In this document: positions 32,317 to 47,300 of the stretch, in pieces
Position numbering within the stretch: the first letter of the stretch is position 1
How the letters are laid out: the number at the start of each line of letters is the position of its first letter
Assembly: GCA_000934665.2 (NCBI GenBank)
Contig: JYFJ02001687.1
Location: 1-64,000 of the forward strand
Direction: 5' to 3'
Length of the DNA stretch: 64,000 nucleotides
Source: Catajapyx aquilonaris
Lineage: Eukaryota
Made by a program: the position numbers and the translations under genes
The notes under the pieces: generated by a model
Database searches by the model: none
What the model was told of the DNA's origin: nothing
What the model saw: only the letters and a program-made list of their open reading frames with translations

Positions 32317-35300
32317 ATACCAGAGGAAGGACAGTACAGTGCATAAAAACAGAAGACCTCACTATATCTGGTTCTCAGAATAAAGGGGGAGGTGGTCGAA
32401 TGTGAGGTGTCCAACTTGCTGAACCCTTACCACCGTGATGCCGCTCACGCACGCACCGTCGGATACAATTTCCTAATTGTTGCGTCTGCTGATATAGTCT
32501 CCTAATAGTCCATGGCGTTTACATTATAAAGAGGCCATTTAGTGCAAAGACCAGCACCATTATGTGCAGATTGCATACACGCGATATCCGCTCACCTATA
32601 AGGGCAGATTGGGTAAGTTTATGCTTGAAAATGGAGAGTAAATTTTTTAATGCTACGTATGGTTAAAGAAGCGTATAAAATAGTATGAAGTAGGTGTACC
32701 GTAGGCGAGGGTTGTCCTTGACCACCTGTGGTCAGCAGGCATCATGCTGAATCCTCGCATGAGAGGGCAATGGATCCCCTTGGCGGTGCTGGTTCATATG
32801 CGGCTTCAAATTAATTTTGGACCAACTATACCATCGACTCATCAACGCCTATACCTGCTTCACGAGAAACACCGGAACTTAGGGAGAAGAATTAACGGCT
32901 CGAAAGCACGTGCTAAAGTCATGAGTGTATCGTTATAGTTATATGGCCTTTATGAATGGGTAAGAGGAATCTGATTATGATCATTCCAGATTATAATTGT
33001 GATTGGGATTGTCCTTTCTTGTAAAATGTCGAGGAATATGTTTTATTCTTGAAGAATCCCTTATAATAAACGCGATAAAATTTAGTGTAATTTGTCCAGC
33101 GGTTTAGATGTTTATAGACTATTTCAACTCGGAAGCTCTCGTGTCCTGTTCCTGATAAAGGCTTAAAGGCCAAGGTGATTTTCCCACTTCCAGATTGCGC
33201 GATATGACTTTCATTCGCAATCTCTAAATTGACTGTGTTATTCGAGCAATGACAATATTAGGCAGAAGAAAACAAAAGCAGCTGCCTCCTTTCAGATGGC
33301 GCTGGAATGCCTATACAGTTAACCATTTATTCCCTGGAATGTGCATTATAATAAACATTCCAGAACACAGGTGGATGTGAGCGGATCTCGCAGCATGTTC
33401 TTCCAACGTTCTCTGCCATCATACACATCATGCTGCACATAAACCTATCCTTATACATGACATGTCTGTGTACGTTTCTAATATTTTCCTTCTGATAGCC
33501 ACCTTTCAAGCAGGTGTGCTGTCCCGGTTGCACAGATTCAAGGATATGTAGGCTACTGCCGATGTGATGGACCAAAATATTTGAAACTAATAGTGACTGG
33601 TATGTATATTTTTACACATCCCCAAAATCTTCAATTCTGAAATAGCCTCTGAATATCGTCAACACCCAAGGAGGCGTTCCGGTGTGAACACATTGTCAGA
33701 AGCAATTGCTAGTGCACGAAGTTTCCAATAGTCCATCTAATAATAGATTATTCTAACTCAAACCCTTTTTTGGGAGGAGAGGGAGAAGGAGGTGAGGGAG
33801 GGCTTATTACCCTCACCTACCTTATATATAAGATATAAAAGATTCATGAAAGGGTTGAATGCAGGTAGGAGGATGGCAGCGTCTTCAATAAGAAGATACG
33901 CCCTTGCCTTTCTTCTACTTCCAGCCTCGTCTCGCTTTCCCAATTAGCCAGCTCAGGCCTTGAGAAGAAATGCTTTCCAAGAAGAGTGGCGATGTAATTG
34001 ATTTTTTTTCTTCTTCTGCTTCTTCCTCCTCCTCCTCACCTCTCCCATACCTTTACCTTCCACCTCCACCCCTTTCTTTTACCTGGGCGGGAGGACCTCC
34101 TTTTTTGTTTCCTCTGATGTGAAGTGAAAAAGCGGACAGGTGGGGAAGGGGGAGGGGGTAAAATTAACAATGTCTTTCAAAGTTAAACGAGAAGAGGTGA
34201 AGGGGTCTTGTTATAGCGGAGCATCCAACTCTCACAAAAGAGGCAAAAAGTGTTAGATACATCTTGTTGTCAAACTTGACCAGGATTAATTGCAGTGGTT
34301 TAGTCGGGCCAGTTTATTGCAAGTTGGTAAATGCGATTTCATTAGCTTTGTGCAATAAAGTAGACCTAAGCGACAGCTTTTTAGGTTGGCCCTTGCGATC
34401 TATACTGCAGACTTCCACAGTTGTAAGGCTATATAGGATAAAATGGGCATTAGTTAAGAATTTAGGAAAAGCATTTGCGGATGGTGAGTTATTTCGTATA
34501 GTGAATGAAAGATTTTAAGTGGCGCAAAATGCAAAAAAAAACTTCAAATCAAAAGATTGCAATTGGTTCCATTTATAGGAAAGGCACCACCAATGGATTT
34601 CTTCAACCATGTTGTACAGTGCTGAGCGAACACTGACTTGAAAATGAGTTATGAGCCACGTTATGAAATTCAGTTACTGTCACACGGAAATTGAGTTTGT
34701 CGTAAGTCTAAATATTACTAATGAAAATCACTATAAGTCGTATATAATATGCAATATTTTAATGTCTGTATGCTACTTATCTGATTGTATCAGGAGGATG
34801 TATCAACTCCTGCGGTTATAATATTTTGACCAGCAGTGAAAAATATTTTTTAAATAACACTAGGAAATATTAAAGATTATTTCCAATTCTGCTGTAACTT
34901 ATACATGGGAGAATTCATTCTTTTATAAAAGGCTCTAAGTTTACTGATACTAAACATCGTAACTAAAGTGATGAACAATTTTATGTGAGTACATTCGGTT
35001 TCGTAACGGATGTTCCACACTAACTTGTAAGAAGTTGGGAGCATTATTGCATGACGAATCATATTAGCACTTCCGATGCAATAAGAATGTTAATAATTTC
35101 CAACCCCATGATTCATCAAAACTCCAAGTACCGGTACGGCTGCACCTCTGCATTTGAGAAACTGGTGAAATACACACGGTAAGGCTTCTACTTTTTGAAA
35201 CTGTTTACAATAATAAAAGGTCGTGATATTAATTGCCTTTTTAATAAAAATGTGTCCTTCATTCTTATGTGCAGTCATTAAACCACGAAGGTGTTAATCG

Positions 35301-38300
35301 ATCCATTCAAGATGTACAGTCTAATGGCATCGGCTATTAACACCTCACTGCCTGCATTGTATCCTTTGTCCACTACGTCGGTCTGAATAAACACACCTCT
35401 CCTTTGTATCCAAAGTTTTACAGCAAAACATTGTCAAATTATATTATAGCGAGTGATTCCAGCTGGATTACCAGTTTATCTTTCTAAGCAGCTGTTTTTA
35501 CTGTATTTTGAAAGTGGGAAGAAACGGGAGAATTCCGGGAAAATCCGCGCGAATACAGAGAGAAGCCATTGAAACTATTACTGCATGAAAAAATTATCGG
35601 ATCGAACTCGTGACCTCAGAGGCTGTGGTCTAAACTACTACGCCAATGCATTGCGCTTGTATATGTCAAATGGAATCATTTACGTGATATATCCCTAAAC
35701 ATAAATTAACTTTATTCTGATATGGAGTAGTATAGCGAGAAATTCATTCAGTAATCGTACGCGAAGAATTATTTGAAACCTCTGCTATTATAATTTTAGA
35801 ATGTATTTGCATCTTCGACACTGTCCCTCCAGCATGACATAGAAAACAAATGAACCTTGTGCTGCAATAATATGTCAACGCATACTTATATCCAACATTT
35901 TTCCCTCCCTGCGTGAATGAGGCAGGGAGGTTAAATAAATGAAATGAAATATCTAACATTTTGATATACCCATCGTTGTCAGTTAGCCATTTCAGCAGAG
36001 TTGTAAGTCAATGTATAACATTACACTGCTACTTAAGAAAACAAGTCTTCACTATACACACAGCTATTACCGGCATGTTTTATCATTTGGTGAAATGCAG
36101 GTTGACACGTAATTGCAGAACACGGTTGAAGTAAAAGAGCAGAGGCAGTATTACTCACTATCGCAATTGAAAGACGACATTTGGGCGTGTCAGCAAGAAC
36201 TTGTTACTGTTCACGGTGAAGAAGCTGCCTCCAAGCAGGGCCACCAAGTTGCGGTGGTACACAACGTTCAAAGAGGCTGATGGAAAAGGAGAAGAGCCTT
36301 CATTAGTGGACAAGGTTGGTGTATCACCAGAACAAGATCGTGGCTCTGCTCCGAGCATCTTCCTCAATAGTAACAAGTTCTTCATCATATTATATGACTC
36401 ACATCATTACTCCGGTGCCAATATAGAATTTAACCCGCGATGGAATGAGGCGTTATTAATATTTTACTATGTAGACGATCATACAAAGGAGGAGAAAACA
36501 ATTGAAATCTTTGCCCTCTTTCATCGCTTTGAAACGTTTTACTTACAATATGACCCATGAATGTCACATATTTCGTTGGGACTAGGAAGCCAGATTTCTG
36601 AGTAAATAATTATTATTATGAAATTATGAATGGTAAGACATCCTTTAAATGTGTGGAACCAACAATATTCACGAAGAATTGAGCCAGTGAAAGTCAGTGT
36701 TCTTCGCTGACATCCCTTACTTTCACTGACCCCACTTGACCTGAACCAGACGATACTTCCCACTGAAGTTGAACGCACTCTAAAATGTCCTGAACATCTC
36801 TGGCCTCTCTGCATCTGATGTGCTTTAGGTCGTAAGGGGTGGAGAGATCGTGCAGTATCATCGAGGTCTAATCCGAACTCGGGATGCAGGGCGAGTCCTC
36901 TTTGATCACGTGATTTACGAACAAGATGTGGTATGAAGGGGGAGCTTGGTTATTCATTATAGAGGTGAGGCAAGTCAGAGTGGCAAAGCGGGTGGTGTGA
37001 TGATTTCAAAATTAGATCGTATGTACCGTGGCCATCAGAGTTGTTCGCTGTCACAACTACAATAATATTTCTAGGATCACTATTGCAATATGTGGTCGTA
37101 GCTGTCAAAACTGAATTGGAATTACTACTCCCTCCAAATATTGGTTGTTTTGAAACCAGTCATGAAACCGATTTTACAGTCCTGAACCGTTTGGTCATCA
37201 AATCATCAGTATAGCCTGACACAGGCAGGCCAGAAGGTGTCAAGACTCCCAGGCAAGTGCCATTTTTGACTATGTGTGGGACAAGTCTCACCTTGATTTC
37301 ACTAGGCTATACAGACATTTTAAGACCATAACGGTACGTTTTTAACACCTACAGCAGTACAGCACTTGGTAATGTGTCCTGTTGAAATGCTGGGATATTC
37401 CGATATGTCACTGCTGAAGCTTTTCAGCCGTTGGAAGTGACGAAACCCTATATGTGTCATATTCGGCATTCAATTTAAGATAACTGTTATTACAGTTGAC
37501 TGAAAAATCTGTAACCAATTATTATAACCTCCTGAGACCCCTGGTACAGTATACTGTACCTTTGTTTTTTCCAGCACTTTCTGACTAACTCAAACGCGTA
37601 AAAAAAAACAAAGGTGATTGAAAGGTGTACTAGGGGTCTCAGGAGGTTAAAAATAATTATAATTCCTATCAGATTTATATTTATTAGTACAGTGAAACCT
37701 GTCTATGTTGGACACTGATGGTTCCAAGAAAAATTTCCACTAACACACGGAGGTGTCCAACATATACGATTTCAATCTCTCCAGGTTTCATAGTGCAGTA
37801 CAGGAATGTACAAGTAAGTACTGTACAGTAATCAACTTCCAATGCATGTTTTCTTATTTTCGGTACCGGTACAGTAGGCTATACAGTGTACACATGAAAT
37901 TTCTGAAACTGGCATACTTTTTGGTTTATCGTCACAACCAGGTTTTACCTGCGTATTCATATTCTCATGATCTACCTTGTGTATCCTTCAACACCTGATT
38001 GAGCACTTCATTTGAATAATTGCCACCATATTCATCGTCCGTTGTCAGGATGTCATATACATTGACAATGTCACTTGAAGACATGAAGTCATGCTTCACA
38101 AAAATGTATATGCAGAGCTCAGCGTGGCTCAGGTTTTTAGAAGAAGAAAAACAACAGAATACGCTCGTCATGTAGAGTAAATGTGAAAATTGAACTGAAC
38201 TTGTCCAACTTAAGAGGGAAAAAAGCGTCCAACTTCTAAGATAGAGAGTGTCCAACTTAGCAACATTACAGCCTGGGAAAGGCTTATTTTTAACGGCTCC

Positions 38301-41300
38301 AAAAATAATGTCCCGCATGTATTATATGCGGGACATTATTTTTGGAACCATCAACATATTAAAGTTTCCAACTTCACTGATTTCACTACAAGAATGCAAT
38401 ACGTGCTTTGGTGATGTTCACTTTTAGGTAATGCTCATTTCCTATCATAACTTACTCCGACTTCAACATACAAGTATATTTTGTAGTTTCAAGTCATTAA
38501 AATGACAGAGACAGTAAGTTTGTTGAGCACTTCTGGTCTCCGCATGCATCTGCAAGCAAGATTCACTGAAGGACTAGACTGAGTGATTTCAATATCTCTT
38601 TATAGTCTGACGAACAATACTGAATTATTGAAGGAGACGGAGAGTTCACTTCCTATAAGAGCTCTTCACTATACTTTTAGAGAGGTATGTAAAGGGTTGC
38701 TCTATAGACTACCTCATGCAAAGGAGCACAAGTAGGCTAATCATAAGGGCGATCACGATTCGTTGTTGTTTTTTGTTTGAAAGGAAAACATACTATGCAG
38801 GTATATGAGATGTAGTTCTCGTGGGTAGTTGAAAATATTGTGCCTACCAGTACAAATAACGTCTTCCAAGGTCCTAAATTATTTATGCAGTATTTCCTTC
38901 CTGATGTCTGTATCGGTAAATGCGTATGTTGTCATTGCCTCTCCCAATCTCATGCTGCAAGTATACTTTACCAGAGAGCCACGGGAAAAATGATGAAATC
39001 GATGATGTTTCTATACTGACTTATACTGCTGAATAGTCAAGCTTGTTTCCAACGCATTTGGTCACCATACCTGAAATATTTGTCCTAAAGATCTTAGTGT
39101 TTTCATGCCCCCAGAGCAACAGAATTGACAAATACGCAGATTATTCCTCCACTTCAAAACGATTATTATTTGATCACTGATTATCCGTATCAGTGGACGA
39201 CTATGACAGGAATACCACAAAGTTAGCTGAATGGCGTGCAAGAAGAAAATGGAGGCTGACTCTTTTATGGCTGGCAGTGTTACCGGATGAATAAGAGCCG
39301 TCGAGTGGTTTGTCCTTCTTATCGGTCGGCAAAACTAGAGTCGGCGAAATGGCAGTCGGCAGAAGACACCACCGTTCCCTTTTGTCTCGGTTCATTGGCA
39401 TTCTGGTTGGTCAGCCCCACAGGTGGGGAGGGGGAGGGGGGAGGGCGGCAATCATCGGTTCGAATGAAGCCTCAAAAGGGACGCGACACAGGTCAAGGTG
39501 AGACAGACGGAGCTAAAGTGGCCATCCAGTTTCTTTTCCCACGGCTGATTTTATGGCCTGGAACAATGCATGCTGGAGGAGGCGGAGGAGGAGGAGAACG
39601 TCGGCTACAGACTCAGGATTGCCGCCGTTTTGCCTCTTTGCTTGCTGCTGTCACATGGTCAACACTCAGAAAATGCCCGGACGGGAGTGAGGGACCCCCA
39701 TGATTAATCTTGCGCCTTCAGCTAGACAGCTCTAGGAAGGCATCCCGGTACTCAAAGAACACATTCGCTTATTTGTAGCCTGACTTTTACTCACAGACGG
39801 TCTATCACTCACTGACGCATTCATTCCTTCGTCCATTCATTCAATCATTAAATAAATACATAAATTAAACAAACAAACAAATAAATAAATTTCTTCAGCC
39901 ATTGTGTGAATAACTGGGCCAGAAGTTGGCTAATATAGTAAATTCGTGGATTGCATTTCCTATATAGTCCACACAACCCAATCGAAAAACCTATATGATG
40001 ATATCAATTTGAAATTATTTTTAAGCACATAAGTCACATATGTAGCTATCCAATGGTAATGACAACAAGCATAGTGGGTAGAGGCTACAGCAAGAGGTTT
40101 CAAAAGTGATCTTCCCTTGTCACCCCTCCTTGGGTTCCACATTTTAATGAATGAAGTATGGCCGGTCGGACCACATTTTGGTCCACTCGCTATGCGGATG
40201 CAAGAAGGCATCCGTATTTTTTTTTCTGCGTCAGTGTTTTTTATCCAGCTCCTTCTGCGAAGAGGAAAAAAAATACTGAGTTCGCAGTTCGAACCCTGAA
40301 CGCCTTTTCTATTTTCATGTGCCGAAAATGAAATTGCGGGGAACTAATTATTGTTATGCACTGCAGTAAAGTAATATTTCACCAACTTGTGGTGCGCAAA
40401 AATAAGATGCACTTATACATATACCGGTACGGAAAAAAATTATTGCTGACCAATTAACTGGATAGAGGCGTAATGAACACATATCTTCAGGTCAGGGGCC
40501 ATTTTTGAAATACTTGTTTAAATCACATAATAAATACACAAAGTAAAAAAATTTGATAAACAGTAGTACGGTATATTAGTTTCTTGTTATTTATTAGCAA
40601 GTGTTATTTTGTAAAAGTTCGTGTAAGTTAATTATTTAATTGCAAAAATTGCAATAATGAAAACATGAGCAAAGATGAGAACAGTGATGCCACAAAAATA
40701 TACTAGGGTGTATACGAATAAATCTCCCAAAATGATGCAGGTGGTAGGGAATGCATTTAAGGAAGAAGCATGACATGGGTTCGAAAGGCTGGTGACGACA
40801 TCGATGTCGACGATGTCTAACAGCTGACTAGTATAGATACCCCTTGCATGCCTGCATTGCTGGTTGCCCGAGTCAGGCGGGTTGAGCAACGGTCTGTGAG
40901 TGCTAGCTCCAGGCCCCAGCAACCCGCAATGCAGGCATGGGGGTATCTATACTTGTCAGGATGGACATCGTTCATGTCAAAGGTCGATATCCCAGAAACG
41001 AATCGTTGCTGGCCTTTCGGACTCATGCCATGCTTATTCCACATGCATCCCCTACCACCAGTATCAAAGTGGCATATTTATTCATATAGCCTATACACCC
41101 TATTACTACCCAATTTTTAACTTAATGCAACATTTTTCATGTGCAATTATTAGAATGCTATGAATTAGTACGGAGTTCACGTGGTGGCGTATAAGGCCTA
41201 CAGGTATTCCTTCCAAATCTTTAAGAGTTGAGACCCCGTAAACAGGGGAGTGGCAGCGCAGACCTCATTTTGTTGTGGCTTGAGGATGAAAGAATTCTCC

Positions 41301-44300
41301 TCCGTGTTTCTCTTTGTTTCTTCAAGTACCACATAAAAGGCCAAGTAGCCTAAATTCTGATTTTGCACCACCCATAGTGCTGTTTCTTGTACTCTTGAGG
41401 AGTGTATACTAGGCAGATTTTATGTCAGCGTTTCAGCAGTTACCCTATACCACCAACTATCTACGTCACTCCCTCCTTCCCTATAACAGAACCTGTCCAT
41501 TCAACCGAGATTAGACTAAAACATGACTGATAATGGACGATAATCTCACTAAATACACAAGATAGCATCATTTATCTTTCGTCGAGCTTCTTATTGTCAA
41601 ATTCTTCAAAAAAAACTTGAGCTGAAATTGTTGCCAGTAAGCCTTTACACATTAGGCAATAGTCACACTTGATTGCACAATTTTCACCTTGAGAATGTGC
41701 AATTCAATATAGGTGGTCATTCACTTACTCTGCTCGGCGTCATCAGTGATAGATTTGCTCCAACCATTTTCAGATAAGGCTAAGTCACTTTCACACTCAC
41801 TGTCGTCGATATTTCAGCAGAATTATCCGGGGCATATGCAGGGTGGTGGCATAGTGGTTATTGCCACAGCCTTCCCACCTCTAAGGTTCGATCACCATGT
41901 TGGAAGGATGAAATTCTCATGTGGAAATTTTAATGGGTTCTCTCCTTATTCATGTGCTGGATATACTCGAGATTCTCCCATTATCTCCCACTATCAAAAT
42001 ACATCATGGTTCCATTCGCCATTTCGAGACCTTACACCATCTGCCCCTCTCTGTCGCCCTACTGTATTATAGAGCTCTCTGAAAAAGCCTACATTATTCA
42101 TATTAAGGTACAGAAAAATGATGATGGTGTTCTCACTTTGTCTTTCCTTACAAAAATTCTTAAAGGAAACCCGCTTTGTGTCTGAGACTGATATCAGTTC
42201 TCTCATCCCCCTTACCTTGGCTCACTGATGAGATGGTGGGAGGGAGTTAAGAAGGGTTCAAGCTCCCCCCACTACCCTCCCAGAAATATTTTGGGTCCAG
42301 GCATAGCCTATCATAAAGGAGCTACTCTATGTTGTACAAAGTGGACTTAAGCAATATTTTTGTAAAGCCCAGAGAAAAACTTTCTAGAAGTTCCAAGTGC
42401 TATACAGTCAATTTGAATATTATTCGTCAGAGAAGGCGTATCAAAAACACTGCTCTTGATTCATTTTTTACAGTAGCATTTATCCATGGCAGACAGAGCA
42501 AAATGGGAAGCTGAACAAAGAGGGACACCAGATTTGTCTTCGAGACACTGCTGTCACCCAAATGTCACCATGTCAGGATGTTCCTGACCTGCACTATTTC
42601 CTTCGGAGAAAGAATTAGGAAAAGTCCTTTTGATAACTGAAATGGAGTGAGTGAATGCACTTTGCATAGTTGATAGTCACATGATCCTTGCCACTGAATC
42701 AATAACAAGTCAGGAGACTTCTATAAATCTAAATTATTACTACCTGAATCGCTACCTCCAATCAGAAGGATTGATTTTTTTTAAACAAACGCCATGTTTA
42801 TATGTAAAGCATCGCACAAAACAATTCTCATTCATCACTTGTATACTTGAATAGAAGAATCGGATTGTAACAAGGCACCAATTTGAAGAAAAAAAACTCA
42901 TTGATTTTTTTTTTCGTCGAATGACTCAGTATTACGGTATGTCGTGACACATACCGTTTGGAAGTATTGTAATAGCTCAGTTCCACTACCAAGAGCCTCT
43001 TTGCACCTTCCATCTTCCTCATTAGTACTAGTTTTACGAGCACACTCGGCGCCTTCTGCCGCCAGCATGGCCCTTGCGGGGGGGCCACTCCTTTCAAAAG
43101 ACATTTTCGGCAGTCTCTCTCTCCACCCCTGAGTCCCATCCAACTTCCCAAACTCTACCCCCGACGGCTTGCCCTGTCACTTTGCACTTTCCTGACAACA
43201 CAAATGCAGCTTTCTCCATCTCCACTGCCCATATGATGTACAAATAAGGTAGGCGTTTTGTTGTTCCTTCCCAACCACTAAAACCGCCAGCCGCACCAAA
43301 CAACGAATGAAGCTCCCCAAAATGTATAAGCCTGCCGCATTGTTTGTTACTGAAAACAAGAATGACAAATTAAAATAAAATGGAGGCATTGTGTACGAGA
43401 AATTGCTGTAGGCCTACCAACAAAAGATCCGGACAACTGGTTACATGATTAGTGCGTTTTTTAAAAGGATCCAATATGTCACAACTAGTATCCAGCAGGC
43501 CTGAAGTTTCAGTACTACACTAACTTCAAACAAACAAACAAACAAAAACAAACAAACGAATGCAACAAGTGGATCCCTGTGGAGTCAAAAGCACAAATTT
43601 TAACGTGTCTTATTAATCGGTCCCTTAGGTATTGCCAACTTTTTTATGGAATTAGAAATCGTCTATTTAGTTAGATAAACTAGAACTTATCACGGAATAA
43701 TGTGACCTGAGGAAGTAGGTGTGTGCTACGCCACTCAAATTACAGGTTTTAAGCAGCACCTTGGTTAGAATATACGGTACAGCCGGTACTCGTTCTTCTC
43801 ATTCTCCTGATCGTAAGGTTTTTCTACACGCTTGTTTTAGGTAAAAAAGACTGGCCGGAAAGTACAGTTACCGGGTAATTTTTATAAGTAAAAAAACGAC
43901 GACAAAAACCGGATGTCTGTTCTTGTTTTAAGCCCATAAAAGCGTTAAACATACTACAGTCTCGGGGAGCTGAATATTTTACTTTACTCTGAAGTGACGG
44001 CATGAAACTGGCAAACTTTCAGAACATTCCCTATATTGGTTCACCTTATTGTCTTATACATGAGCAGAACTTGACAATATATTGGTAGGCCCGCCTCACT
44101 GCCATGCCTGAATATGAATGGTTTGAAGTTTCAGGTATAAATGGCTGAATGTGCTGGGTATATTGTGTTAATGCAAGGCAGTGTTGACGTGCAAATTATG
44201 TCTAAATTTGCTTATATCTGAACCACACCTTTGCTCAATTATGTTTACAAGGGAGACGATTGGTCTTATAATGAACATCCTTCATGCTGTGCCGCCTGGT

Positions 44301-47300
44301 ATTGCTTCACCTTATACTGTATATGGTGTTGCTCGGGGTGTTGCCAATAAATTCCTCTTGGGACACCGCATTATGTAAACTTAAAAGGTCATGTAGCTGA
44401 TAGTTTAAGGAGTGTGGTAGAATCTCGTGTTTTAGAGATTTGGTGGATTTTCCTTCCACCGCATATAAAACAAAGAAAGGCTTGTGAAGAAGTTCAAAAT
44501 ATTTTAAAAGCTTATTACGGGAACCTCATTCAACAGTCATTAACTTTAAATCACTGATATTCTCATATGAAAGGAGTTTAAATACTGCTGAATCTGCTGC
44601 AAGCAGATAAGAAGATGAATAGGCCTAATGTTACTGAAAGTCTTATCGTACTAAGCTTATTATACACTAGTGGCCTTCGCATTAGCAAGTTTGGATGAGT
44701 AAGCATGGATACTGAATGAAAGACATCCTGCGATTATTATACCTTCAGGTCGATCGCATACCTACTTGACCGATTCTGTTGTTTTTTCGATCCCCCCATC
44801 ATTATAATTCATAATGATGCTATCGTAAAATCATTATGAGTCGTTAGGATGAGGAAAACTCGGGGTTTAACATTATACAAACAACCATAATAACAGCAAG
44901 TTATACACTTCTCTGAACTGCCTCCTTCTATTGTACTGTACCTTTAAATTTTATATTGCATTCTCCATGTGCGTAGTATTAAAAAAGTGTTATTTAGTAT
45001 TTACCACCAAGTGATGTGTATTAAAGAATTACGCAAAATAAACAAGTGGATTGCTGTATTTTTTATTAAACCAGGTAATCCCTAAAACTACAATTTTTAA
45101 CAGTTTATGAAATTATATACGGTAGAGATATTTCTTTGTGATTATAGGACGAAGTTAAAATAAGAATGTAAGCCTCGCGTAAAAAGATGGACGTATATAA
45201 TCTTGACATTAGTTTCACCTCCAAACGAAGCCGATTTGTTTATAATTGAAAAAAATAAGTAGCTTGAACTATGCTCCAGCTCTTTAAAGTAGCCTCTTTC
45301 AGGCAGAATATTAATGGCTCTTGTAGAAACCACCGCAATAATTTTGTATGTGTTTTGACACAAAGTAGATGATTTTAGTAGGTCCTAATGACCTTAATGC
45401 AATGTTTTCCGATCATCACTAGGCCTATATCCCTTATTTTTAGGCTAATATAGTCTGGATATGGCATTTAATTTTAATGAAAAATAACTATAGATACAAG
45501 ATTGCAAGTTTATCCATCCCACTACACAGCTGTCTTACTCTGAATGTTATTTAGTTTTCTCAACTCTGGAGAGCTCTGCAAATCGTGTAAGAGATTGCAA
45601 CAATTAATCACTCTGAGAGTAAATGTTTATCACTGTGACGACAGCTTATAAACTTCCCTCCCCAGCTCCCAAGTGATTCTGAAAAGATAATGAAGCAAAA
45701 TGGCATCAATTGCATACCACCTGCATTTATGGTTTGTCACACAAAAAAAGTTTTAGGGCCATCAGATTAGATTCTTAAGGGTGTGTAATCTACTCCCGCA
45801 GGAATTTCCGCTTGTCTTTTCCCGTGCACATCAGACAGGTAAACTTAAAACCTATGTCATTGACAGATTTCTAGTCATTACACGTTCTATTCTTTGTCAT
45901 CGTTATGTACTGGTAAAGGGCAGAATAGGGCGCCACCACAGACGGTTGGTGGTGGCTGGGGGCAGTGGCTGTGTCGCAAAAACGGAGCAGGCAGGCTGAA
46001 GGATAGGAGTGTATCCACTGAAGATAGGTCTGTATCCGTAAGGAAGGAAGGTTAGGTTGGTACAGCACACCCCTTTCCAAATTTTTTAAAAAAATCCAAA
46101 GTCCAAAAAAATCCATGCTTGCATCCTTGTGTTTGTGACACAGCCACTGCCCCCGTCCACTACTCGCCCTCCAGACTTTTGCGATGTCTCTCTTCCCTAC
46201 TCCTTCCCTAATAAATACGGCATCAGAATATTCAGGTTTGGTATTGGCACATATTGAAACTTGGCCCTCTGAGGATTTTCCTAAACCATGTATGGCCAGC
46301 AGATCAAAACAAGTTTGTGACTCTCGAGATATACGCCTTCAAACTTTTTTGTGTGTGTGTGATTGATAGTTTTATAGAGTAACTTATGAGCTAGTTTGGT
46401 CAGTTTCATATCGGATTAGTCGAAACAAGACCGGATTGTGGCTTGAATATGTTTGTAAAAATAATTGCGCAATTTAGAACTGTCATGGGACTGTCACGGG
46501 AACTGTCATTATTTAAGCTACACTTACCCGTATAATACACGGTCTAATTTGCCCTAAGTAACTAGCAGTTGGTGGCAAATTTATGACAGTTCTGTCCTCC
46601 ATTGCTACCATAATGTCAGGAGAAACATTCAGACGTGTTTTCATTGTACAGACCTATATGCGTCGTATTTGGTGATTTTTGACTATTTAATCCTTCTGTG
46701 AAAAGTCTAAATGACTGGGAAATATTTTATATTACAAGCATAGCTGAAGGTGTTTCTTGATTGCAATTAAATACATAAAGGCACCAGTAATTTAGTGATT
46801 CTACTTCGTATGAAATAATGTTAGGAGGAGAAGGGGTGGTTATATGGACCACTTTTTGTTGTAGACAACAATCTTAATTTTAAATGCAATTACTACATCA
46901 AAAATCGTCAGTAGTGTTTTAAAATATATCTTTTTCATGTACTATTAGTAAACAAGGAAAGAAATTAAGCTGCTGAAAGAGTACAATTTTTTTCTGCACA
47001 TATTGCAAAATTGGGGCTTGGAAAGTGGGGTGGTAGGACTAATATGAAACAGGCTCAACAAAAAAATATAAACCGGATTTTACAAAATAGTAGTCTTTCC
47101 TAATAAGTAACCCTGCCGTTTTCAGTTTAGTCTGATTACCATCCAACACATTACAGCTAATATGTTCGACATATCCATTTTTAAAAATTACAAAACGCCT
47201 GCTCTCACGACGCGACACTACAAAACATTCTACTGATGTCAGCACCCTTAGGTGACCAAAGCGGAAACTAATGGTTATGGGTCCTACAGTTATTCACATA

